DNA of 64,000 nucleotides from Perkinsela sp. CCAP 1560/9 (Eukaryota; Protista; Euglenozoa: Kinetoplastea). The DNA is taken from NCBI GenBank assembly GCA_965644495.1, contig CBFFSA010000042.1, forward strand, positions 12,757 to 76,756. Direction: 5' to 3'. Numbering within the stretch: the first letter of the stretch is position 1; every line of letters starts with the position of its first letter. Both the position numbers and the translations under genes were made by a program. Below the pieces are notes generated by a model that saw only the letters and a program-made list of their open reading frames with translations, had not been told where the DNA came from and searched no databases. This document shows positions 1 through 9,181 of the stretch, one piece after another.

Positions 1-1449
1 CCACCTGCATAGTGACCTTTGACTTCTAACGGCACTTTTCCTGCGAGCATGTGGTTGACGAACTTGGTGAGAGTGCCCAGAGGGTCGGTATAAGCGTCGT
101 GATGATATTGCATGGCTGTCTGAAGGTGCTCGGGTCGCAGACCAAAGGCCCCACCTGAGGACCCTCGGTGAAAGGTGGAAAGAGCTTCGGCCACTTCTTC
201 CTCAGTCGCTTTAAGTGGCTCAACGTCCCGAGCCGGAAAGCAGTCCACGTTGGAGGTGGAGAGTCTGGGTGGGTGCTTAGACAGGAGTTTCGCATAGGTC
301 GCTTCATCGTCAGGGGCGAGAGGTTCAGAAGTCAGGGCAGTCATAGCGCGAGAAAGCTCCGAGTCGCGAACAAGCCGTTTAGCGCGTAAAGCCGCTTTCT
401 TGATCTCGTCGTCAATGTCTTGCGCTTGTGCTACACTTTTCTTTTTCCGTACGAGACTAGAAACCGCTTCGTTCCATAGCGCTAAGAATTCTCCATTGCG
501 CCATCTAGCTAGACACTTCTTCACATGGGAAGCGTACGACGCTTTCGCGCGGTTCCCTCCGCGGTGGGGGGCAGGTAAAACGCACTTGGGCAACATGGCG
601 AGAAGCGTCCACGCTTGGAGTGTGTTTTCGCAGATCGCCGTAGATATACATCCACAAAGCGTCTTGGCCCATTCTTGTCGGCAGCGATCTGGGATGTCCT
701 TGCAAGTATTTATTGGCAGAGCGCTCACGGAAGATAAACTCGGAAGGGGTAGATCGACCTGGGCGCTCTGACTTTCCGTGGATTGGTCAGCTGGTGCGGA
801 GGCCGCGCAAAGATCTGGTTGGGGGGTGTCATTGAGATGAGGATTCGCTGCAGGGATGATGTTGCTGCTCGGAGGGGTTGTCTGTGGGATTTGAGGTAGT
901 GAACGGCGGGACGTGCAACTCTTCGTGTGCGTGTCCCGTTTGCCTAGGTCATAGTGTTTGTTGCACTCCTTGCAAAGAAAGCGACCTTCTTCTATCCACC
1001 ACGTATCCGGGACCTGGTCCCCGTGTCTGCGGGCTATGTGGTTATAGAATGCTTGCCACTGCCCCCCGTGAGACAATGTTTTCCATGCGCATCCCTGGAA
1101 ATGACACTTCCGTACGTTTACATTTTCGATGGATGCCTCTTCTCGTGTATGCCCTCTTCTCGTGGATGCCTCTTCTCGTGTAGCGTGGAGTGTCTTGGCT
1201 ATGTGGTGGGGTTTCTCGGCGCCCATGGGCTCGGCGGGCCTGATTTTCGACACCTGGTGACGTTTACGTTTCCCTGGCGATGTGGTTCGGTTCCGTCCGT
1301 CGTGGAACATTTCTCCCGAGGAGCTGTCCACATGTTCTGTTACAGGAGTACATGGCCTGGAGGAGTTCAAAATGGAGTCTGTGTTGTCCCGGTCTTCGCT
1401 GTCCACCCCGGACTCGGCACTCAGCTCGACAGTAGCCCCAGTTGTCTTG
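1..1449 (-). mobile_element. CRE-clade non-LTR retrotransposon, family F; 5'-truncated N-terminal part, ORF runs off the left edge
   Basis: Manual minus-strand translation gives CHFQGCAWK..HGGQWQAFYNHIARRHG, GRFLCKECNKHY, LPINTCKDIPDRCRQEWAK and DPLGTLTKFVNHMLAGKVPLEV, all homologous to families A-C. No SL at its 5' end; abuts poly(T) 1450-1472. Confidence 0.85.
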
Positions 1450-1492
1450 TTTTTTTTTTTTTTTTTTTTTTTGTATTTGGTGATCCTGTCCC

Positions 1493-3166
1493 TTAGGGCT
1501 TTCTCTGAATATGACTGCCTACCTTACTAATGTCTCTCTCGATCTTACCTTCGTATCTCTCGACCTTCTCCATCTCAATCTCCTTCCCGCGACTGACAGC
1601 ATCCGCCGGGTTCTCATCCGTGGATATATACGCTGCCTTGACACAAATACCTTTCTCCTCTGTCAGTCGCAGGACTTCGCGCAATTCCATTGAAACCCCC
1701 TCTGACTTGGAGATCCTCCTGTTCAGTGCAGCCTGACAGGAGGTGTTGTCAACAAAAACATCCAAGCAGGTTCCACGGGGGCAATGCGCGGAAAACTTCT
1801 CGAGGGCTAAGCGGACTGCTGCAGCTTCCGCACGATTCACCTCATACGAGGATGACTCAGGCCACGCCTCTCCCGTAATCAAAACCTCTCCGCTGTCTAA
1901 ATACATAATCGCTCCCCACCCTTTCACCGAGGCATCGGTGTAGAGACGATGCTTGTGTGGAACAACATCGGGATGGGGAGGTGGAGACCGTGGAACATTC
2001 TCCAACAACTCGTTTCTCCACTCTGCTAGCATGGAGCGAGTGACGACAGGGAGTGCGACCGGACGGTCACATAACTTCGGGCAACGGTTCAACAAGTTGA
2101 TACGCCGTTGCGCCACCTTCAAAGCGAAATAAAACCGCGGCATATTGAGTCGGAGAACTGCGGAGCCATAAATGAGGCGCCCCACCACCGCCTCTAGGTC
2201 AACAAAGGAAATGTTGAAGAAAGAGTCGGCTCGCAGTTTCCTGATCACTCGCGGTCCCAGGCAGACCGTATGCGCGTTATGGTCGAACGCCACCCCATTG
2301 AACACGTACTGTGGTACAGGGGGCTGACCCCGATCTTTGAAAAGACCGTTCGCTTTGTCGCAACGCTCGTCAATGAATTGAGCGTACGTGGTGGCCTCGG
2401 AGTCGGTTCCTGCAAACCGAACTCCGTCAACATAAACGTCGATAGCGCCTCGGTGAAACGAGTAGCGCTGAGAACAAATCGACGCCTCGCCAGCAATCGC
2501 GGCGGTAACCGTGTGCATAACCTCCGGTGCACACCTATGGCCCATCGGGAGGACGTTCATCTCATACACGTCTCCACTGTTCGTTCTAAGGCGGAATTTG
2601 GGCCGCGCCCTCTTCGGGATACCAATCTGGTAAAACCCGCATGTGAAGTCCCGCTTCACAGCCATCGGCTCGTGCGCCTTATGAAGATACTTGGAGGGAT
2701 GATATAATGGGACCTTTGGTTCATATGATTTTAATCTATCGTTATCGTCCCTTGTCCATGAAATAAATCTTCTGCGCTGATTGCCCTCATCATCGGTCTC
2801 CACAACCGTGAAGGGAATCATGAACTGCATCGATGGGCGCTTTCTCAACTCCTGCGCCGGGACCTTAGAGATTATGCCTGCGTCCTCCAACAATCGGACG
2901 TCCGCCTCAGGCAATGAACCTTTCACACTAGGTTCGGGGTACGGGGCTTTAGGTACCCATAATAATTCATCCACTACCTTGCGAAAACGAGTGGCAGCTG
3001 ACATACTCATCCACTCCTTAACCTGATCCAAATGGATAACAGGTATCGACTTCTTAACGTGCAAAGGTAGGTGAGCGTCGTGTGCCTTGGCTAGCCGTGA
3101 AGAGCGGCGTGCACAAACAACGGAGTGCCTGCGAAGGTAAGGCACTTCCTCGAAGCACTTTGCCAC
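1493..3166 (-). CDS. Reverse transcriptase / RNase H of the YR retrotransposon
   Basis: RT motifs DFTCGFYQI, LPMGHRCAP, VYVDG. RNase H motifs LYTDASVKGWG, NRAEAAAV, VFVDN, NPADAVSRG. Start codon uncertain. Confidence 0.9.
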   Translation of the reverse strand: MAKCFEEVPYLRRHSVVCARRSSRLAKAHDAHLPLHVKKSIPVIHLDQVKEWMSMSAATRFRKVVDELLWVPKAPYPEPSVKGSLPEADVRLLEDAGIISKVPAQELRKRPSMQFMIPFTVVETDDEGNQRRRFISWTRDDNDRLKSYEPKVPLYHPSKYLHKAHEPMAVKRDFTCGFYQIGIPKRARPKFRLRTNSGDVYEMNVLPMGHRCAPEVMHTVTAAIAGEASICSQRYSFHRGAIDVYVDGVRFAGTDSEATTYAQFIDERCDKANGLFKDRGQPPVPQYVFNGVAFDHNAHTVCLGPRVIRKLRADSFFNISFVDLEAVVGRLIYGSAVLRLNMPRFYFALKVAQRRINLLNRCPKLCDRPVALPVVTRSMLAEWRNELLENVPRSPPPHPDVVPHKHRLYTDASVKGWGAIMYLDSGEVLITGEAWPESSSYEVNRAEAAAVRLALEKFSAHCPRGTCLDVFVDNTSCQAALNRRISKSEGVSMELREVLRLTEEKGICVKAAYISTDENPADAVSRGKEIEMEKVERYEGKIERDISKVGSHIQRKP

Positions 3167-3177
3167 GTGCTACGAGG

Positions 3178-4750
3178 TTACAGCACTGGGAGAAGTGCTG
3201 AGACTCTCTGCGTCCCGAGAGCCCTTGCCGTTGTAATACTGCTTGCGTTGTAGCGCAACAGTGATTCGACGTTGAGGTGTTTCGTGAGGTTCTGGACGTC
3301 CTCCATCCTGAGATTCCCGAGGGAGATCTCGTGGAATGGGTAAGTAATCGCACCTCTTTTTATGTAATGTGTTCCATACCCCGGACCGAGAAGTTGATTC
3401 ATCCTGTGGTCCATCTCCCGGACCGTCGTGTAACACAGGCGCTGGCCTGGTCTCAAACTTCCCACAAACTGAGCCAGTTCGGGTGTCCCCGGTCCAGTCA
3501 CTATCGCGTAGAGGTACGGCCGGTAAGGATTCAGACGGGTTGTCTTGGTCCCCCTGCCCCAATAAATGATTACCTCGTGACTGGCCACACTCACGAACTG
3601 CTCCCGCCTCAGGTCGGCGGTCTCGGTCCATCTCGCAGCGGCTTTCCAACACAGGAGGCAACACATGCTCTCCTTTACGTCGAGATGACGTCTCAGCTTC
3701 TTTAGAAGAAGTGGCGTGATTGGTAGCATCTGCCGCGTGGGTTCTAGCCCCCCCTGCGCTTGCAGGGCCTTTACGTAGAGACTCAATGGGGTACCTTCGA
3801 TTCCCATGAGCTCGAAGAGAGTCCTCAATGCCCCTGCGTACCCCATGCGCGTCGAGGTAGCGAGAGGCAGAGTCTCCAGGAAGAGCACCGCGTTTGCAGG
3901 ATTCGCGGTGATTCCCTTCGCCTGGCAATACTCGCGCAGGCGGAACCACAGTCCAAATCCAAAAAAAATCCAAATCATTCCGGATTGCTCCGGATGGTCA
4001 CTGGCAAGCCAGACCCTTCACAGACAGATTTGGAAGTTCCGAGGCCGACGTCCTCTACCAGTTTCCGCTTGTCCAAGGCGGCACCAACGTGCTGTTACCA
4101 ACACGCTGCGTCGACGAACTGTACGTCAACACGGCTTACCCAAGAGGTGTAAGCCGGGTAAGGGAGCTGGTTCCCCGAGGGGAGGGTCCGGGACGGTCCT
4201 CCGAGTACTGGGCCTAGTCGGTTATCAGCCCAGCCTCTTAGAGTGAGGCCGCCGGGAATATTGCGATGAGCGGGTTTGAACTCGCCGTCTGAGCACCATG
4301 TGCTTCAAACTTTGAATTCTTGCCACTCCGCCACCTCCGCAAGAACCACAGTCGCTCCCTTGTGGCCCACGTGGCCGTTGCCCACATGGGCTGGAGCGCC
4401 TCGCCCAACTGGGTGGCGCGAGGATCGTCGGCGGGCATCCTCAGAATGGCCTCGAGCAGCTGCTTGCGGTGTTTTCCTGGCGGCTGTGCGGCGTCGGCGG
4501 TTACGACGGCGGCGGGTTTGGCGGCGGCGGGTTTGGGAGGAACGGTGAGCCGGGGGAGAGGAAGTGCCGGAAGAGAGACGCTGCGACGTCGTAGCCGTAA
4601 CGGGGAGAGAGGGCGTGGAGGAGGAGTATTGCCACGCACGCGTGGCCGTCTTTCGCGCTGGCGGAGGGACGGAGAGGGAACAGGTGTATGAAAATCCACC
4701 CGTCGTCGCCTGGGACGACGGGCACGAGCAGTGATTGGGGTGGGGGGCAT
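3178..4750 (-). pseudogene. Tyrosine recombinase, split by a 389-bp insertion (about 390 aa when restored)
   Basis: Catalytic R-K-H-R-H-Y pattern: AARW, TKT, HYIKRG, TKH, LRY. Removing the 400 bp between the GAACCACAGTC repeats fuses ORFs 4238..4750 and 3178..3978 in frame (RERLWF/RLREYC). Confidence 0.85.
3954..4342 (-). mobile_element. Candidate tRNA-derived SINE with 11-bp TSD
   Basis: TSD GAACCACAGTC at 3943-3953 and 4343-4353. Box A TGGCGGAGTGG (4333-4323), box B GTTCAAACC (4281-4273), several hairpins, and a (TTTGGA)-like tail. Confidence 0.7.
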
Positions 4751-4753
4751 TTC

Positions 4754-6154
4754 CTAGTGGAAAGCCCGTGTTGCGCCGTAACGGTTGGCGCCGCCCACCA
4801 CCCCGCCGCGAAAATCCTGTTGCGGGGTGCGCTGGGTACGGAACTGCCCCCCCTGCTGTTGGGACGATTGGGGGCAGTTCGATCGTAGGTGGCCTGGCTG
4901 ATGGCAGCCAAAACAGAAAGGTCCTTGGCTGCGTCGTCGGGGAGCACGCGTAGCGGTTCGGCCCCTCAGTTGCTCATCCACAACGAGCTGACCGTAACGG
5001 TCCTGAGGATCGTCGTCACGGTGCAAACGCTGTTGCACACGCTCGACAGCAACGCCCGCCGCAGCCCAACAATGGTTGCGAAGCTCTTCGATGATGAGAA
5101 GGGCTACGGCGAGGTTGTGCTTCTCTAGCCATCCCTCCGTATTACACGCAGCGTACACCCATTCAGTTAACATTTTGAACAGGCGCTCACGCTGCGGCGG
5201 CGGGTTGAAGCGTACCCCAAGCTGCGGAGCTTCGCGCAGCTCACGGATGAGTTCACGTGGCTTGAACAAATCATCCGTGTCGATCCACGGTTGCCAAGTA
5301 ACCGGATCGTAGGGGGAGAAGCCTTTCGGGTCCGTAATACGGACGCGTTCAAACGTGGGGATCAGATCTTCAACTGGTTTCCCACCCGGCATCTGCGCCC
5401 GAACATGGGCCAGTTCCAAAGAGTGGTAGTTGATCTCGGGATGGGGAAAACGGTAGGCAGTGTTCTTGTCCCCATCCCACTCGGCGAACAACTCAGTTGA
5501 GTTAGGGTCCTTTGGATGCGTCATATGCACCAACCCTATAACCGTCTGCCGTAGGCCATCCCGGGGAAGGGACCATACAGCCTCGACGGTGACCTCATAG
5601 TCTTTGCGCAGAAGCTCAATCACTTTCGTGATGAATTCTTCTTTGCTAGATTGTGTAATGATCCCACGCGCATCACAGCGTGAACGCTGAGGCATCCCGA
5701 CGTGGTCAAGGTCGAGGGCCTCGTAACGGCGCGGCGAGCGAGAAGCCTCAACCTGGTCAGGGTTGAGGGTTCCTCTACGTCGAACATGGGGCTCCGGAGC
5801 CTCCAGCGGAAATGGATACGGGCTAGGGAGGGAGCTCGCCGGCAAACTAGGGAGGTTGGAAGGGAGAGGGCTAGGCGGTTCGCGGGCGGGGCTGAGTGCT
5901 CTTCCTGAAGGGCGTACCTTGCGACGCGCCGGTCCAGGGGTAGGGGGAACAGGAGGAGGTCGCGCGGATACCTGCGGAGCCGGCTGCGTGGGAAGAGGAG
6001 GGAGAGGGGGGCGCACGGGAGGACATGAAAGAGACTGGCGTTTCGAACGGGCAAAAGAGGAGGTTTCAACCGGTGTTGGCGCCCGGTCACGCTTTGGAGA
6101 GCGATCACGGTCCTGGCTCGGCTCCTGAGGAGCCCGCAAACGTTGGGATCTCAT
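4754..6154 (-). CDS. Gag-like protein with CCHC zinc knuckle
   Basis: CFGCHQPGHLRSNC knuckle near the C-terminus, Pro/Arg-rich N-terminus, upstream of YR. Start taken at ATG 6154 (MRSQRL), downstream of AT-rich UTR-like sequence. Confidence 0.8.
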   Translation of the reverse strand: MRSQRLRAPQEPSQDRDRSPKRDRAPTPVETSSFARSKRQSLSCPPVRPPLPPLPTQPAPQVSARPPPVPPTPGPARRKVRPSGRALSPAREPPSPLPSNLPSLPASSLPSPYPFPLEAPEPHVRRRGTLNPDQVEASRSPRRYEALDLDHVGMPQRSRCDARGIITQSSKEEFITKVIELLRKDYEVTVEAVWSLPRDGLRQTVIGLVHMTHPKDPNSTELFAEWDGDKNTAYRFPHPEINYHSLELAHVRAQMPGGKPVEDLIPTFERVRITDPKGFSPYDPVTWQPWIDTDDLFKPRELIRELREAPQLGVRFNPPPQRERLFKMLTEWVYAACNTEGWLEKHNLAVALLIIEELRNHCWAAAGVAVERVQQRLHRDDDPQDRYGQLVVDEQLRGRTATRAPRRRSQGPFCFGCHQPGHLRSNCPQSSQQQGGQFRTQRTPQQDFRGGVVGGANRYGATRAFH

Positions 6155-6468
6155 TCTTAAACAAAAACTTAAAGCAAAGTAAAATAACAACCTAACAAGG
6201 ATATATAAGATAATAGTAAATACCCATCCCATGTAAAATTCTGAATACAAATCATAATTCGAAGAAACTATGTGCCCCGAAGGGCCAGCAGGCAAATACA
6301 TAACAGCCCCTCGGCTAAATTTCAAAACGTGGACTATTACTCGTGTGGTATATCTTCCAAAAACTTGCTAAAAATAACCTCGGAGCTCACAGTATCTGTA
6401 GTTTTGACGTGGCCTTCTGGGTACCAAGCGCCAAAGCGGTAGTGACAAAAAAACAAAAAAAAGTATAC

Positions 6469-8625
6469 AATAGTATACGCTGCTAGCTTTTCTATCTCGA
6501 GTTGGAAGGCCTCACGTACGTCTTCGTACTTTTGTTTGGCTCGTTGGGATAATGCCTTGAGGAGGGTTTTGGTGTCGTTGTGCAGAAAACCGCAGTCTGA
6601 GGCGGCCAGGCAACGAAAAGAGTCGCTTTCTACGCCTTTCTCCGTAACGTACTTCTTGAATTTCTTGTCGAGCACGTGCTGCATCAGCGCTGTACTTGTT
6701 TGTTTGGCATAGCTGCTGCAACAAGTGTGAACAACGGTAAAATCATACAGGACCTCCCCCATGTGGGGCCACATAATAGCAAGATCAGGACCGGATCGGA
6801 TTCTGCGGGCTTTGCAAGGATGATGTTCAGCTACTTCCGCTGAGATGGAACACTTGCACTTAGTACAGAAAAACGAAGAATGGATGCGCGGTTCGATAAT
6901 ACAAGGGAGACCAGCTTTGGAGCACAAATCTGCGAGGTACCTCACTATGTGTGAGTGCTTTCTGGTGCAATTCATGCCCGAGCACCGGGAGCATCCTGCG
7001 ACGTGTGGTATAATGCTGGTAGGAGATTCATGGCCACATCATCCAGGGCATATAACATCGGCCGGTGCGTTATGTAATCCGATGCCCAAACGCATCATCA
7101 AAGTGTATCGGAAGAGGTACGGGTTTACATAATTGCTGGTGCTTTCTAAATGCATGTTTGATTCCTTTGTACGCTTCAATAAAAGTCCCATGTGAGAATC
7201 CTTCTGCAGCTCAGTTATCTGTTTATCGTGTTCTGCACTTAGCTTCTTTTTCAATAGCTTGCGCGCTGCCTCTCCTCGACTTTGCGGTTGTTTCACAGCT
7301 TTTTCGCTGCCTTTCTGATCTACCGGAGCGTTATTGGGTTTAAGGTGCTCATCAATAGATTTGCTGGCAGTTTCGAAGAAATGTTTTTGCTTCAGAGTCG
7401 AGGAAATTAAGCCTAGGCCACCGAGTTTCTGTGGTAGAGCGGCGAGTTTCAGGGCGTTTGCGTCTGCTCCACTCCACTTTTCTAGAACTTTGTTTACTTG
7501 GTTCTCGAAGGATTGTGCTAGTTGGAAAGTAGCGCCTGGCCGATGTACTCGTAGATGGTAATCGTGCCGTGGAATCGTACAACGGCGGAGAATGGCAAGA
7601 GACAAATTACTGGGACCCATAAGCAACAACCTGCGGCAACAACCTACGTCAGGGCATTCGACTTTTGTCGAATGATGGGGCGTAGCGACCCCAGCTTCCC
7701 TAGCTAACTCACCCGGCGTCGCACAACAAGACGCTACATACCTAGGGTGGGTACGATCAAGGTCCCGCGGATGACACTACCCGGTGCCAACAAAACAAGG
7801 CACAAAATAACTAGGGTAACGGTCACCCAGGCATCGCAGCGTGAGAATGACACCGCCCGGTACCGGATATAACAAGGTACTAAGAAACTAGGGTGGGTGT
7901 CATTCAGCATAATCTTTGGAGTGTGTTGTGTTTTTCACTTCAAAAGAAGTGTTTTTTCATAAGGAATATTTTCTTGTAGTATATAAAAGGGGATAAAAAA
8001 AGATAAGCTGGCTGCTCGCGCTCGATCTGGTCAAATCTTCGAATTTGACTTGCGTGCTGCGTGGTACAGCTCCTAGCAAGCGATAAGGGGAGGCTTGTTC
8101 TTGGGAGGTAACATCTCCTCGGAGATATATTGCCTAATTCATCATCATCATCGACAACCTGCGGAATAGGCACTTGTGTTTCTCCATTTTCTTGATCAGC
8201 AGATTTTCCACGACTTGGTCTGTACCTACGTATGCGCCTAAGACTTTTATCGCATCACTGCAAAAGTTTACTCCAAGTTTTTCCAACGGAGGAGGCTGAG
8301 CTATGTTGGGAATGTTCTTCTGAAACCAATCGCATTTCTGGAAATTAATTCGGAGGTTCATCTCTGCGGCGATCTCACGCAGGTAAAAGAAAGCTGCCTC
8401 CAATGCTTGCACGTTTTTGGAGCTCAAAGTCACATCGTCTTGGTATGCTCGGATCTTCACGTCAGGATAGAGGTGCATGAGTTCTCGTAGCGGGCCTTGC
8501 AAAAGTGCGCAGAAGTACATTGATGAAAGTGCCGATCCTTGGCGAATTCCTGAAGAGCTTTCGATGGTAGCAAACAGAGCATTGTGCGCAAAAAATAGCA
8601 GCTCAGAGGGAATCCCATATTCTAG
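6469..8625 (-). pseudogene. Degenerate CRE/SLACS-like non-LTR element, family G (RT C-terminal half plus REL endonuclease)
   Basis: GIRQGSALSS, AYQDD, LPQKLGGLG, CPG*CG..H...C, RKH, GPDL..YDFTVVH, KKFKKY. ORFs 8134..8712, 7039..7629 and 6337..6975 are in one frame once the 7637-8153 insert is removed; one in-frame TGA at 7039. Confidence 0.8.
7637..8153 (+). mobile_element. Non-coding SINE-like insertion with 11-bp TSD and (ATC)n tail
   Basis: TSD ACAACCTGCGG at 7626-7636 and 8154-8164; ATCATCATCATC at the right end. Removal restores the family G frame (HKCLFRRL/LLMGPS). Confidence 0.75.
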
Positions 8626-8891
8626 TTTTTTTTTTTTTTTTTTTGCAGATAATAGGGGGGGAAGAGTACGAGTTCTAATTTTATATATGTATGTACGGTA
8701 TGACTTTCTCACTTACTTTCCTACTTGCTCAACTTCTTTCCCTCACTTCCCCCCATTTTGAAAACCAGCAAAATATATAACTAGCAAATACATGCTTTCC
8801 CATCTTACCCACTTCCCCTTACCAATCTTACCAGCTTTCCAGGGAGGGTAAGGTCTCCCTCGGTTAGGAGGGGCAGACTTTTCCCGAACCA

Positions 8892-9126
8892 TTCGCGCGT
8901 TCCGGACCGGGTCTTTCGACCTCTCCCAGCTTGCCTTGTTAACCCTTCTCTTGTTGTACGAGAGGGCGCAAGCAATGGGCCTGTGCCGACAGCGGCACGG
9001 TCGCGGAGCATGATGCTGGCCGACGGGGAGGAACAAAGTTCCCTACCCATGTCCTACCTCACTTGGAGTACCTAGCCCTGGCGGACTAGGCGTGAGCATA
9101 GACCCTGCCGGCATCGACCAGCATCC
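8892..9126 (-). ncRNA. Conserved structured RNA element in the 3' UTR (family A version; homologs near 18646-18876 B, 22850-23087 I, 23457-23687 C, 46495-46730 D and in their other copies)
   Basis: Compensatory changes between families and a conserved GNRA-capped hairpin on the minus strand. Confidence 0.7.
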
Positions 9127-9181
9127 GGACCAGCTGTTCGGGTTCCGGCTGAGCGGCCCATCTTGCACATCCGTCATCGTG

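Larger units (their letters stand above)
1450..6468 (-). mobile_element. Tyrosine-recombinase (DIRS-group, VIPER/TATE-like) retrotransposon ending in a poly(A) tail
   Basis: Gene order gag - YR - RT/RNaseH. A23 lies 20 nt after the RT stop. The 5' boundary is approximate (junction with family G near 6468). Confidence 0.85.

Noticed and set aside
1130-1182. Short triple repeat ATGCC(C)TCTTCTCGTG in family F
   Set aside because: Local duplication in a variable linker region with no sign of function.
4262-4340. Functional tRNA gene
   Set aside because: Boxes A and B are present but the cloverleaf stems are degenerate and it lies in a TSD-flanked insert; treated as a SINE head.
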